From contig OX597815.1 of the NCBI GenBank assembly GCA_951406725.2, forward strand, positions 206,956,001-207,020,000: DNA of 64,000 nucleotides. The letters run 5' to 3'. The notes below the pieces were generated by a model that saw only the letters and a program-made list of their open reading frames with translations, did no database searches and was not told the DNA's origin. Each line of letters begins with the position of its first letter. Within the stretch, counting starts at the first letter, position 1. Position numbers and translations under genes: made by a program. Positions 1 through 14,164 of this stretch are shown one piece after another. The stretch comes from Octopus vulgaris (Eukaryota).

Positions 1-918
<918 letters not shown>

Positions 919-923
<5 letters not shown>

Positions 924-2720
924 GATACTTTGATACTTTGATAGGTTTCGGCCATTATTGGCCCAGGCCATGTCTAACTTAATAGCACCACCTGGTGAAG
1001 TCTTTCAAGTCAGAATTTGGGCACTATGGCCCACTCAAGTAGAGAGTTATTGTTTACAGAGACATATCCGGGTGTAGGGGGTTTATCCGGGATTTCTTGA
1101 AGGAATCTGTCCAAAGACTTCTTGAACCCTATAGGGTCAGTTTCTGTTTTAATGTGTTTTGGTGTAATGTTAAAGAGAGCGGGGCCAATTGAGGTGAAAT
1201 AATTGTGCCGTATTGTTGTTATGAGATGAGAGTGCGATTTTTGTTTTGGGCGGATGGCACGGGGCCCAAGCCTTGGATGTACCTTAAAGGTGATGCCAAC
1301 ATCATTTGGGCAATGCTGATGGAATATTTTCCACATCATGCAGATGATGTAGCGCTCACGACGACGTTGGAGAGAATAGAGTTTTAGCTTTTCTAGTCGA
1401 CCCCAATAGTCGAGGCCTGTCATGCCATCTATCTTTTTTGTGATTGCCCTTTGAGGTGCTTCGACTTTTATGATACCTTGTATTGTGTGGGGAGACCACA
1501 GTGGACAACAGTATTCAAGGTGGGGTCGGGCAAAAGTGGAGAAGAGAAGGATAATGGTGTGGATATCTCTCGACTGGAAAGTTCTGAGAATCCAGGAACA
1601 CATTCTGCGGGCCATGTCAACTTTGGTGTTTATATGAGTGGCCCAGCTTACGTTGTTGTCCACAATTACTCCCAAGTCTCTGATGTTGTTGGACGCCGCG
1701 AGAGTTTCACCTGAAGGAAGGGAGTATGGGAGTTTCAGGGCATCCTCTTTTCCAAAGTGGATTAGCTCAAATTTATCCTCGTTCAGCAGCATATTGTTTT
1801 TTTCTGCCCATTGGATAACAGCCAGTAGATCTGACTGAAGGCATGTCCGGTCACTCGCCTCATTTATGACCTTCTGTAGCTTGGAGTCATCTGCAAAGAT
1901 TTTTATGTTGCTGTGCTTGATGATGTCATTAATGTCATTAATGTAAATGATGAAAAGAAGTGGGCCCAGCACAGTGCCTTGCGGAACGCCACTACTGACT
2001 TTGGCTGGGCTTGATTTTACCCCTTCAACTACAACATGTTGAGATCTGTCTGTCAGGAAACACTTAATCCATTTCAGTAACTTTCCAGAGACACCAATGT
2101 TGGATAGTTTTTTCAATAGGATCTTGTGATCGACCCTGTCGAAGGCCTTACTGAAATCAAGGTAGATGACATCGGTGTTGGAGCCCTCTCCCAAAGCTCT
2201 CAAAATGTCCTCAAAGTGATGCAGGAGCTGCGTTAGGCAGTCCCTTCCATTACGGAACCCATGTTGGTTGGAGATCAGCCGTCTGTTGCTTTCCAGAAAT
2301 TGGGTTATTTGAGATCTCACCACCCTCTCAAATACCTTGATGATATGAGAGGTGAGTGAGATCGGACGGTAATTCACTGCAAGGGACTTGTTTCCCTTTT
2401 TGAAAACTGGGACAACAGACTGGGACAGAAGGTTTTTGGAATATAGCCAGCATCCAGTGAGTTTCTCCACAGATTAGCAAGGGGAGATGCAAGTTGGTGT
2501 CGACACACCTTCAGGACACAAGCAGGGAACCTATCGGGGCCTACTGCTGAATTGTGTTTTATTTCGTTTATCGCCGCTAAGACATCAGGGGCACTAAACG
2601 TTATGTCCGATATAGTGTGTTGGGGGTTGACATCACTGATACAGCCCAGATCGGCCATATCAGGATTGCTGAAAACAGAGCAGTATTGTTTCTGCAGTAT
2701 CTCGGCCATGGATTTGGCAT
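919..2720 (-). mobile_element. 5'-truncated CR1-like non-LTR retrotransposon (3' part of ORF2 + 3' UTR + octamer tail)
   Basis: RT ORFs 2374-2709 and 1010-2470; 3' tail (TATCAAAG)x3 on the minus strand at about 919-943; (TA)n on both flanks. Confidence 0.93.
1010..2709 (-). pseudogene. LINE reverse transcriptase (CR1/L2 group), one frameshift near 2430
   Basis: Motifs NYRPISLTS, QHGFR, YLDFSKAFD, SGVPQGTVLGPLLF, FADD, RDLGV, RPHLEYC, LQRRRER; the upstream ORF (QYCSVFS...GPDRFP...LK) joins after a single-base shift. Confidence 0.93.
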
Positions 2721-2735
2721 TATATATAATTTGGC

Positions 2736-3077
<342 letters not shown>

Positions 3078-3083
3078 AAACAT

Positions 3084-3410
3084 GTGAAGGCGCATGGCGC
3101 AGTGGTTAGAGCGTCGAAACTTACGATCATGAGGGTGTGAGTTCGAATCCCGGACCGGGTTGCGTGTTGTGTTCTTGAGCAAGACACTTTATTTCACCTT
3201 GCTCTAGTTAACTCAGCTGTAGAAATGAGTTGCGACGTCACGGGTGCCAAGCTGTATCGGCCCCTTTGCCTTTCCCTTGGATACCACTGGTGGCGTGAGG
3301 AGGGGAGGCAGGTATGCATGGTCTTCCATATACAACCTTGCCCGGACTTGTGCCTGGGAGGGTAACTTTCTAGGTGCAATCCCATGGTCAGTCATGACCA
3401 AAAGGGGTCT
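3084..3410 (+). mobile_element. tRNA-derived SINE, type D (CORE-like cttgagcaagacactt segment)
   Basis: A box tggcgcagtgg, B box gttcgaatcc; related copies at 17105-17385 and 28170-28482. Confidence 0.85.
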
Positions 3411-3845
3411 CAGCAATATTAAACATACACACACACACACACACATATATAAATTGATGGTGCGTTCGGCTTTTAATATAGTAATTCATCTTGACTACTG
3501 CTACGTGAATACTGATGAGGTATTTTTCTCTGTTATATGATGAAGCACTAGATATAAGAACGAAACAGAAATATCTGTGAAAATATGTTGTCCTAATGCC
3601 CCTAATCTTTTTTCTCAATACGTGTATTTTTCATTAAATACATTGTTAAAGTTAAGCGTAATGGAAATCTACTTGAAAATGCTACTCATTAAATATGTTT
3701 TGTATTGCATTCTAAACTACTTTTTCTAAAAGCCATAATAATACACAGTTGTCCTAAAAATCTAAAATTTCGTTCATTACAAGAGATTAACCGATTTTTC
3801 ATGAGCTTTCACCGGTGTAGAATTCATCGTATTATTTATATACTA

Positions 3846-4270
3846 TAAGGTGGCGAGCTGTCTGAATCGTTTCCGTGTCGGTACAAAATGCTTAGTGGTA
3901 ATTCTTCAGGCTTTAAGTTCTGAGTTCAAATTCTACCGAGGTCGAGTTTGCCTTTCTTTCTTTCGGAGTCGATGAAATATCATAAATACCAGTTGATCAC
4001 AGGCGTGTATGTAACAAATGAGCCACCTCTGCAAAAATTTCAAGTTTTGCGCCTAAAGTAGAAAGAATTATTTATTTACTGTCTAATCAAATGCCTTCCG
4101 GGCGGCATTTCTTCCAGTTCGTTCTGTTCTGGGTTCAAATTCCGCCGAAGTCGATTTACCGTTCAACCTTTCAAGGTCAATGAAATAAATACCAGTTCAA
4201 TACTGGGATTGGTGTAATCAATTTATTCCCTCCCAAATAATTGCTGGCCTTGTGCTAAAATTTGAAACCG
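3846..4270 (+). mobile_element. Two decayed tandem Meta-domain SINE copies (tail B)
   Basis: gttcaaattc B box followed by a gcctttc..cctttcggagtcgat..aataccag domain, twice. Confidence 0.75.
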
Positions 4271-4534
4271 TTATTTATGTAGTCTTAAAAATAGACATCT
4301 TTTAAGTTTACTGGACTTATTAACTTATTATAGTGAATATAAATAGATTTTGAAAACTTTTAATACGTTCAACAATATTCCCGTAAAACATGTTAAATTT
4401 AATTATATCGACTCGATTAAAGCTTACGCTATTCCATTTCTCGGAAACCCTAAAAATACTTAAAAGCTAAACAGTTATTCCATAAATCGGTAGGTGCACA
4501 CTTGTTATATACTTTCACAAAGCAAATTAAAACC

Positions 4535-5221
4535 TTTTGACCAACAGATATAAAAATAATTTTTTCTAACTAAACATTTTCAAACTTCGGACACTGGTAG
4601 AATGTGTCATATAAAATATCTTTTACTCTTAGCATTTTTGAGAAACCTTATATTTACGAAGTTATTTCGTGTTAAGGTTCTCGTATTTCGGTGATTTCAA
4701 CCAATCAATGACGTGTATTCAGCTGAATAAAATTACTGCCGTTGTTTGTCAATAACAACTATCGGCGGTGTATATTTCGTTTGTCACTGTTATTTATGAC
4801 ATCGTTCGTGCGTTTGTACTGATTTTAAGGTTTTAGGGCTAGGACTTTAGGGTTAGGGTTTTAGGGTTAGGGTTAGGGTTTTAGAGTTAGGGTGTTAGGG
4901 TTTTAGGGTTTGGGTTAGCGCTTTAGGGTTAGGATTAGGGTTGTCATAAATAACAGTGACAAACGAAATATACACCGCCGGAAGATCTTGTTGACAAACA
5001 ACAGCAATAAATTTATTCAGCTGAATACACGTCATTGATTGGTTGAAATTACTGAAATACGAGAACTTTAATGTGAAATATCTTCGTAAACATAAGTTTT
5101 TCTCAAAAATGCTAAGAGTAAAAGATGCTTTATAAGACACATTCTACCAGTGTCGGAAGTTTGAAAGTGTTTAGTGACAAAAATTTTTTAAAAAAATCTT
5201 TTGGTCAAAACGGAAAGATCC
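4535..5221. mobile_element. Palindromic MITE with about 270-bp inverted arms and a central degenerate (TTAGGG)n core
   Basis: 4535-4802 is the imperfect reverse complement of 4941-5210; right end ...cggaaagatcc; left terminal ~11 bp missing. Confidence 0.85.
4825..4942 (+). repeat. Interstitial telomere-like (TTAGGG/TTTTAGGG)n
   Basis: ttagggttagggttttagggttagggttaggg... Confidence 0.9.
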
Positions 5222-5603
5222 GTCTTCTTTATTTCATTATATTCTATGCTTCTCTAAATACTTGACAGACCGCAAAAAGACTACTATGCAATTTAACACA
5301 AAAATAAATAGTTTCTAACGAAATGTACATCGTTATATTCTTTGCGGTTATCTGCAAATTCAAAAGCATAGATGATGGGAGATAAGGGTTCTGATGAAAA
5401 TAATATCCGTCTCAGAAATGTAATATTTTCATCGAAAATACTCTGCTTATTCACGGCTGTTATGTTAACTAATACACACTGAATTAAGGTCTACTGACAG
5501 TCACAATGAAATAACAGCAGCAGGTTTGTTCTAGCTACAAACATTGAGACTAAAAGTTGAAAAACCTTGTTCCTGAATGCTTTGATACATCATACCAGCC
5601 GAA

Positions 5604-6061
5604 TAAGGTGGCGAGCTGGCAGAACCGTTAGCACGCCGGGTGAAATGCGTAGCCGTATTTCGTCTGCCGTTACGTTCTGAGTTCAAATTCCGCCGAGGTC
5701 GACTTTGCCTTTCATCCTTTCGGGGGTCGATAAATTAAGTACCAGTTACGCACTGGGGTCGATGTAATCGACTTAATCCGTTTGTCTGTCCTTGTTTGTC
5801 CCCTCTATGTTTAGCCCCTTGTGGGTAATAAAGAAATAGGTATCAGTGGTAGAAGTAAGGCGGCGAGCTGGCAGAATCGTTAGCACGCCGGGCGAAATGT
5901 TCTGAGTTCAAACTCCGCTGAGGTCGACTTTGCCTTTCATCCTTTCGGGGTCGATAAATTAAGTACCAGTTACGCACTGGGGTCGATGTAATCGACTTAA
6001 TCCGTTTGTCTGTCCTTGTTTGTCCCCTCTGTGTTTAGCTCATTATGCGTAATAAAGAAAC
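5604..6061 (+). mobile_element. Meta-domain tRNA-SINE dimer (tail A) with 20-bp TSD
   Basis: Heads taaggtggcgagctggcagaa at 5604 and 5856; TSD gatac(a/c)tcataccagccgaa at 5584-5603 and 6063-6082. Confidence 0.9.
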
Positions 6062-6208
6062 AGATACCTCATACCAGCCGAAACATATTCGGTGCTCTTG
6101 TTAAAATGTGGTCATACATTAAAAAGTAATAGTGTATAGGACATGTATTCTATTTTTAAAAAAATGTTTTTTCGAATAGATAGACTTAAAAGTATTCAAT
6201 AAAATTTG

Positions 6209-6635
6209 GGATCTTTTCGGTTTGAACGGCAGTTTTTAACATAATTTCCACGTAACTAAACACTTTTAAACTTCGTATACTGGTAGAATGTGTTTATAAA
6301 ACATATTTTTCTCATGGCTTTATTGAGAAAATTCTATAGTTTCTAAGATATTTGTTGTTGTTTTCTTTCAATTTCTGCAATTTCAACCAATCAATTACGT
6401 CTATTGAGGTGAAAATATTCTGTGCCGTATGAATATGTCCCTCGTTTAAGAAACAGATTGGGTTTATTTACATTTGTGAAGAAAAAAATATACCCTTCCC
6501 GCCCACCCCTAACCCTAACTAACCCTAACCCTAAAACAGATTGAAATGCAATAGATCGATACTAGGGTCATAATTATGGGTGACAATTTCATATGACACT
6601 GCTAGAAAAAACTGCCGTTCAAACCGAAAAGATCC
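6209..6635. mobile_element. Non-autonomous DNA transposon (MITE), 29-bp TIR, 8-bp TSD, internal CCCTAA repeats
   Basis: TIR GGATCTTTTCGGTTTGAACGGCAGTTTTT / AAAAACTGCCGTTCAAACCGAAAAGATCC; TSD AAAATTTG at 6201-6208 and 6636-6643. Confidence 0.95.
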
Positions 6636-7277
6636 AAAATTTGTTTCAATATTCACTGTTATTGTTATTGCTATGACATAAAAACAGAAATTCGTTCGTA
6701 AAGCACCGCTACTTTCGTTCGTGCTTCGTCTTTTCTTTCACGAATGTTTTTATCTTTTGCCGATTTATATCGGTGAAACACAAACGCATGCATACATGCC
6801 CGCCACCACCACACAGCCACGTACGCTATGAACTTCCGCATAGTTTCCCCACTGATAAATTCCACTTACCAGGTATGTATTAATAAAAGTAATAGTAAAA
6901 GACACTTGGCCTATGTACTATGCGATAGGATAGCAGCCAGACCCACGTAGTTGCGAAGCGAACTCCTTAAGCACACACAGCATGGCTGTGCTAATACAAC
7001 ATACCTCCCAGCGAGGAAAATACTGCGTCCGTAGAGGAATTTGACGGGAACATACATACGAAACATAAATAGTTCAAACGAAAGTTTAGGTACGTAATCC
7101 AACAGAGTATGTTTCCTTAGTGTGAGATGGAAGTTGCTGAAACAGCATTTTCTTTTGCTAACATCCTGTCTAATACGCCCACACGGACACAGAAATATAC
7201 GCAGACATACATACAGATACGTTATATAAAAATCATACATGCACATTTGTGTGTGTGTGTATATATATATGTGGGAT

Positions 7278-7570
7278 GGAAGCACTCCGTCGGTTACGAC
7301 GATGAGGGTTCCGGTTGATCCAATCAACGGAACAGCCTGCTCGTGAAATTAACGTGTAAGTGGCTGAGCACTCCACAGACACGTGTACCCTTAACGTAGT
7401 TCTCGGGGATATTCAGCGTGACACAGAGAGTGACAAGGCCGGCCCTTTGAAATACAGGTACAACAGAAACAGGAAGTAAGAGTGAGAGAAAGTTGTGGTG
7501 AAAGAGTACAGTAGGGATCACCACCATCCCCTGCCGGAGCCTCGTGGGAATCGAAACCGCGAACCTACGA
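7278..7570 (-). mobile_element. tRNA-derived SINE type C, head partly deleted
   Basis: Shares its middle segment with 50462-50771 and its tail with 59476-59660. Confidence 0.8.
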
Positions 7571-8014
7571 ATATATATATATATATATACACACACACTT
7601 ACGCAGAAAGTATTTTCTCTAATTCAAGTTAAAGAAAGGATTTCCCATAAAAATTTCGTGGATCCGATATCCTTTTGGTATTTATATAGGGTAGTTCTGT
7701 TACCTATTATTGCTGACTGACGGATGTAGAAGGGTTTCATGAAATGCATTTGAAGAATCTAAATTCGTTAAGATACAATAACTAAAAGTAAAATGATGCT
7801 GGGAAATAATACGAGCTTCAGAAAAAACAACTAGAATAAAATTTGGTTGTATTGTTCAGACTATTCAGAATTCCTAGTATAAAATGTAAGAAATTTTCAA
7901 TAAAAATATTTGGAAAATTATTCACTGAGAAGTTATGTATAGTATTACAGATACTAATGTAATCCTCGACGTTGAGAAATAAACATTAAAAATAATAAAC
8001 ATTGAAAGAGAATA

Positions 8015-8947
8015 TTCGTTTCTACTCTAGGGATAAGGTCTGAAATTTTAGGGGAGGAGGCCAGTTGATTAGATCGACACCAGTACGCAATTGGTACTTA
8101 ATTTATCGACGCCGAAAGGATGAAAAGCAGTCACCTCGGCGAAATTTGAACTTAGAACATAAAGACAGCCGAAATACCTATTTCTTTACTACTCACAAGG
8201 GGCTAAACACAGAGAGGACAAACAAGGACAGACAAATGGATTAAGTCGATTATATCGACTCCAGTGCGTGACTGGTACTTATTTAAACGACCCTGAGAGG
8301 GTGAAAGGCAAAGTCGACCTCGGCGGAATTTGAACTCAGAAGGCAACGGCAGGCGAAGTACCTATTTCTATTTCTTTACTACCCACAAGGGGCTAAACAC
8401 AGAGAGGACAAACAAGGACAGACAAACGGATTAAGTTCATTATATCGACCCCAGTGCGTAACTGGTACTTATTTAATCGACCCCGAAAGGATGAAAGGCA
8501 AAGTCGACCTCGGCGGAATTTGAACTTAGAACATAAAGACAAACGAAATACCTATTTCTTTACTACCCACAAGGGGCTAAACACAGAGAGGACAAACAAG
8601 GACAGACAAACGGATTAAGTCGATTATATCGATCCCAGTGCGTAACTGGTACTTAATTTATCGACCCCGAAAGGATGAAAGGCAAAGTCGACCTCGGCGG
8701 AATTTGAACTCAGAACGTAGCGGCAGACGAAATACACATTTCTTTACTACCCACAAGGGTCTAAACACAGAGGGGACAAACAAGGACAGACAAACGGATT
8801 AAGACGATTACATCAACCCCAGTGCGTAACTGGTCCTTATTTAATCGACCCCGAAAGGATGAAAGGTAAAGTCGACCTCGGCGGAATTTGAACTCAGAAC
8901 GTAGCGGCAGACGAAAGAGCTAACGTTTTTGCCAGCTCGTCGCCTTA
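8015..8947 (-). repeat. Meta-domain SINE concatemer: head + 4 x (~185-bp Meta+tail A unit) + terminal Meta+tail B unit
   Basis: Unit atttctttactacccacaaggggctaaacacag...gaactcagaac repeats at about 8180, 8371, 8554, 8738; the head is present only once, at about 8920-8947. Confidence 0.9.
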
Positions 8948-9277
8948 ATTGAAAGAGAATATTACGAAGACGAATGAACAAAACCGATATTGGTCTTTGG
9001 ACATACTCAGTGAATTTGTACTGAAATGTTAAACGAAGTAGAATAAACGATTGTTCATTTATGCTCACGTTATATCCGTTCTCCTGGAGTTAGTCTTATT
9101 TAAGATGTCTTATGACACGAATGAAAAGGCTTCTGACAAAATGAGAAAATGTGTCTTTACTATGCATGAGAGGTTATCATAAACAGTAAGATCGAGCATT
9201 TACAAGAAGTGCTATAGATTTTTGCCATTTCTTTATTCACTCATGCTTGATGGGTTTATGCTGACGGGTAGGTTTTT

Positions 9278-9692
9278 GGATCTTTTCGGTTTGAACGGCA
9301 GTTTTTAACATAATTTCTTCGTATACTGGTAGAATGTGTTTATAAAACATATTTTTCTCTTGGCTTTATTGAGAAAAGTCTATAGTTTGTAAGATACTTG
9401 TTGTTGTTTTTTCTTCAAGTTCTGCAATTTCAACCAATCAGTGACGTTTATTGAGGTAAAAAACATTCTGTGCTGTATGAAAATGTTACTCGTTTAAGAA
9501 ACAAATTGGGTTTATTTATATCTATGAAGAAAAAAAAGATACCCTTCCTCCACCCCTAATCCTAACTAACCCTAACTAACCCTAACCCTAAAACAGATTG
9601 AAATGCAATAGATCGATATTAGGGTCATAATTATGGGTGACAATTTCATATGACACCGCTAGAAAAAACTGCCGTTCAAGCCGAAAAGATCC
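9278..9692. mobile_element. Second copy of the GGATCTTTT MITE with 8-bp TSD
   Basis: Same TIRs; TSD AGGTTTTT at 9270-9277 and 9693-9700; cctaactaaccctaaccctaa inside. Confidence 0.95.
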
Positions 9693-9789
9693 AGGTTTTT
9701 TGTTTTAGATGTGTAATGTTTGTGTATTTGGTGTTGTCTAAGTTTAAGATGGACATTTTATTCTGTAGTCACAATTGGTAGAGAATAAA

Positions 9790-10600
9790 TACGTCTACTG
9801 AAATGTGCTTAAGTTGTGATCATATTAAGTTTGAATGTAGAAGAAGAGTAGTATGGTGTTATTTGGATAGGAATGTATAACATTAGAAGTAACTTAATAG
9901 GCTGTTAATTTAGAGAAACAGGGAGGGGAAAATATAAACGAGTACTAAAATTATCCCGATTTGATTGTATACGAGAATAGAGCGCAGCACTTGTTAACAT
10001 ATTTTACGATAGCGAGACTTGACAGGAAGCTTCCGAGCCAAGTTATTAGTGGAGCTATAATAGACAAAGATACCGGAGATTTATCATATTTTGAAAGCTC
10101 TTTCATTAAGTTTTCAAGGGCAAGATACTATTAGTATAGAACGTAATAAACAAAGTATATATGAATATGGTTCTGAAGAAGCCTTAATAGAAAATCATTT
10201 ACAACGCTGAAAGATTCGAGAGAGCAATGTTGTTGTTTGTTTATAATTTTTCACATCCTTTTGTAAATGGAAACGATGAGCTTTGTAGCTTCAAAGTAAC
10301 CCGCTGATAAAGGTTTCCTTTCTTGGGAACAGAACAAAGTAATGCAAGGTCACAATGGACAAACCTTTTGCAAGGTGTTGAAATTATAAACTGCAAATTG
10401 CTTGAGTGGCTTGAGTTAGAGAATTTCTCTTATCTTTCAATTTGTCTTGTTGCGAAGAGATCTGAATGGGGGAAGAGATCATGATGGAAGTGATTGATGC
10501 CTCGCTAGTATTAAGATTTTGTCAGCAGGTTTATTACTTACAAGGTCGTTTGAACTGATGAGTAGGCGGTAAAGCATCCGAAAGCAATTCTAAAACCGCT
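9790..10600 (+). pseudogene. Possible highly decayed PLE (Poseidon-like) remnant
   Basis: Fragmentary HIKF..EEE...YLD-like codons at about 9820-9870 and a decayed CTGATGAG...CGAAA motif at 10556-10584. Confidence 0.3.
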
Positions 10601-12220
10601 TAGAATACAGAGCTAGCCAGTCTCACATTGCAAGAAAGCATTCTTTTTTGTAGACAAACTAAGTGCCTGCGGCTTTAGTGCTGGTGCTATTGATCGAGTT
10701 TTTCATACATTTTCTATTAGTCTCGTAGTATGACTCGGACAAAGACAACAAGATCCTGAATTTTTTTTTAACTACTGCACGAATCACTACCGGGTTTATT
10801 CGAAGCTGAGTTCGAAGTGGAAGTATTCTAAGGCTGAAGAGAACATGAAGCAATGTCTTGTAGCTTCTAAAAGGATGGTGTCCCGATGTGGTTTCACTGA
10901 TTGACGCCTCAAAAGTATCTTGCTAACGAGCCCTTAGTCAGAAATATTTCCCATCGATAATGTATAAATGACACTACTGTATGTATTTAGTACCTCGATC
11001 TGGCAAAAACAGCTGGCAAATATACTCTGCTGAAATCAGACTCTACTGTTCTAAATAAAGAACAATTTCTCTGTATGCTGGGGCGAATCTTCGTCATTCG
11101 ACGATGAAGATGCAGTTGTTTCATTAACTGTTCCTGAATTAACATGTAAGTGGTCAAGTATTGCACAACCCTTTATTTAAATCTCAGTGAGAATCAGCGT
11201 GACACAGCGTGTGATAAGGACGTACCTTTTGAATTACGGCTACAATTCCTTTGAAGAGTTTGTGATTTCTGTGTACCCAATTTCACTTGCAAGGAATGGG
11301 CGACTCGAAGCTGTAGAAAATTAGTTATGATATTACGCCGCCGTGGGATTGAAACCAGGGTTTCATGCTTTCAAAGAGGGATTCTTAACCATTTCGCCAA
11401 ACTACACCAACCCAGCAATCCGCCTTTATATAAAGATTACAATTTCAAAAATTTAGAAGTCATTATATAAATATATTTTTCGTGTTTCCGTTTACTTTCT
11501 TTTTTCTCCTTAGGTGTGTGATGTTTGTTTTTTAAAGTCCTACTGTTTCTGCGTTCTTTAAACTGTGTGTAGGAGGATAATCAAACTACCTGAAACATTT
11601 TAATGTTAAAATTCTCTTTTTGTGTCTTATATTGTTATATTTAGATTCTACTAAAATAGATGTTAGAACCGACTGCGATTAGTCAACTTTTACTTGAAAG
11701 TTAAAGTTTACGTGGATGTTATTTTGTTTATGGAGAATGCTGAGTAGTTAATTATTCACAGGTTTTCTGGGCAGATATAAACATTAATTCTTAAAAGCCT
11801 TTACAATTTTAAGTTATGTAAAAGAAAAGCAAAATAAAACAATGAAACGTGTTAGTAGTTTCTTGCACGACTTTACTGGGAGCCATCTATGTCCGCGTTT
11901 TGTTGTAACACAAAATTTCTCGCCTGTTTTAGTGAAGCATTGGACAAACAAAAATGCAAATGATAAACATCTGCAAAGAACCCCATGCATCCGTATGCCT
12001 TATATTTAAAGTGTCATATATAGGCAACATTTTTGTTTTCAAGTTGCAGATGACTTACTTATATTGGTTAGTTTAGGCAGCTGATAATTCTTACTCGCAA
12101 GTTCTTTTTTCTTCTTCAATGTTAAGAGTAAAAGCAGCCGCTCGGAAAGTTTAAGAATCATAGCTAAATCTAGGGTATTCATTGCTTGAAACAACTAAAA
12201 AAAAAGAAAACCCTTGTAAT

Positions 12221-12633
12221 AGGCGCAGGAGTGGCTGTGTGGTAATTAGCTTGCTAACCAACCACATGATTCCGGGTTCAGTCCCGCTGCGTGGCATCTT
12301 GGGCAAGTGTCTTCTGCTATAGCCCCGGGCCGACCAATGCCTTGTGAGTGGATTTGGTAGACGGAAACTGAAAGAAGCCTGTCGTATATATGTATATATA
12401 TATATGTGTGTGTGTATGTGTGTTTGTGTGTCTGTGTTTGTCCCCCTAGCATTGCTTGACAACCGATGCTGGTGTGTTTACGTCCCCGTCACTTAGCGGC
12501 TCGACAAAAGAGACCGATATAATAAGTACTGGGCTTACAAAGAATAAGTCCTGGGGTCGATTTGCTCGACTAAAGGCGGTGCTCCAGCATGGCCGCAGTC
12601 AAATGACTGAAACAGGTAAAAGAGTAAAAGAGT
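12221..12633 (+). mobile_element. tRNA-derived CORE-like SINE type B, full length, (GTAAAAGA)n tail
   Basis: aggcgcaggagtggctgtgtgg A box, ggttcagtcc B box, cttgggcaagtgtctt, internal (TA)/(TG) tract. Confidence 0.9.
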
Positions 12634-14164
12634 AATAGAATATGAAATTCCTGTTTAAAAAAATCTCAATAGCACATAGAGGTACTTTCAAAAACAAAAA
12701 CACATTCAGAATCGCTCATAGATCTAACCGAGGATTACATTTGTACTACATAAAATAAATCATTTGTAAAATATTCTTCTGTATTCCTGTATACCATTGT
12801 GTAGTAGTGAAGTGAATTAAGTAATTTAAGGTTGAGAGACCAAACTTAAGAGGGCCAATAATGGGATATTGAGTGTCAACCATTCGATCGGTACACTGTT
12901 ATCTAATACACTTGGTTCACTGCATCTCTTAAACGGTGTATAGTAACCTAGTGTTTTTCATAGGGAGGACGACAGTGAGTACTGAAAATGAGGCGGGAGA
13001 ATTGCCGTGTTCCCGCTAGTTAAAGCGGTGGACTGTACTTCCGCATATCATCCTGTTGTAATGGTATGAATTAACTCATTTACAGCGAAGATGTTAGAAA
13101 TGTTTACACAAGTCCAGCGCCATACAAAAAAAAGAACTATATAAATACAAATTCTATTTTGTTTTCTCATTAATAAGGTGGGGCAAAATATTTCGGTAGT
13201 ATGTTTTTTGTGGGTGGTGGTGAGGCGGCCTCGTACTTGCCAGGTTGAGAGCCACTGTAGTTACCGACAAAAAGCGTTGATATATACGGAAGTAATATAA
13301 ATGCTTACAATTTTTATCTGTTCATCTATTTTGTGTGGGTGTACATGTAAATGTGCGCGCGTGTGTGTGTATATATGGGTGTGGGTATGTATGCAATATG
13401 AACGCAGACATGGATGACGGTTTAGAAGTTTGCCTCACGGCCATCAAACCTTGGGTTCGATTCCGCTGCATGAAATTTCGGACAAGTGTATTTTTCCATT
13501 GCCAGGGGTCGACTGAAATCTGAAAGAAATTTTGCTGACGAAAACTATATGAAATCTCGTCAGAGAGACAGAGGGTGTACTTTGATGGACAAGCTTGTTA
13601 TACATAATCCCATATTGGATCTACCCGAAAATTACGTTTAACTCAGTAGTTCCAAAATGGTGTGCCTCGGGGTGTGTGTAGGTGCCCCATGGAACTTTAG
13701 AAAAAATCTGATAAATATTAAAATATAATCATTTTTAAAGTCCTAAGAGCGCCGGTAATTTGTTTCATTTGTATTTGGTAGAAAGTAGTTTTTGTTGAGT
13801 GCCTGTATGCTATGAGAACTTCATAAAATACATGTAATGAAATGCTTGTATAAGTGATTGTTCTGGAACTGTTTCTTCAAAGTTTGTACGATATCCGTTA
13901 CATATTATATATGAATCGAAATATTTTAATTTTTGTCTCCTGAGATATTTTAAAATAGTACAACATACATACATACATACATACACACACACATACATAC
14001 ATACATACATACATGCATGCATATATACATCATACATACATACATACATACATACATACATACATACATACATCATACATACATACATACATACATATAC
14101 ACACACACACATTTAAGGGCAGGCGTAGCAGAGCAGTGAGAAGCTTGCTTCCCACGCATGCGTT

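Noticed and set aside
3084-3165. Functional tRNA genes (also 36615-36690, 50695-50771, 59725-59798)
   Set aside because: They are SINE heads continuing into CORE/tail modules, some with TSDs
4825-4942. True telomere or chromosome fusion site
   Set aside because: Short, degenerate, in one orientation only, and enclosed by transposon inverted arms
8015-8947. CRISPR-like regular array
   Set aside because: Units are whole ~185-bp SINE segments with no unique spacers; eukaryotic context; no cas genes
12151-12462. Recurrent ORF 'RQASFSFRLPNPLTRHWSARGYSRRHLPK' (also 26672, 33522, 61328) as a gene family
   Set aside because: Antisense translation of SINE type B
13643-13700. hAT-like TIR cagtagttccaaaa
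   Set aside because: No partner TIR or TSD found
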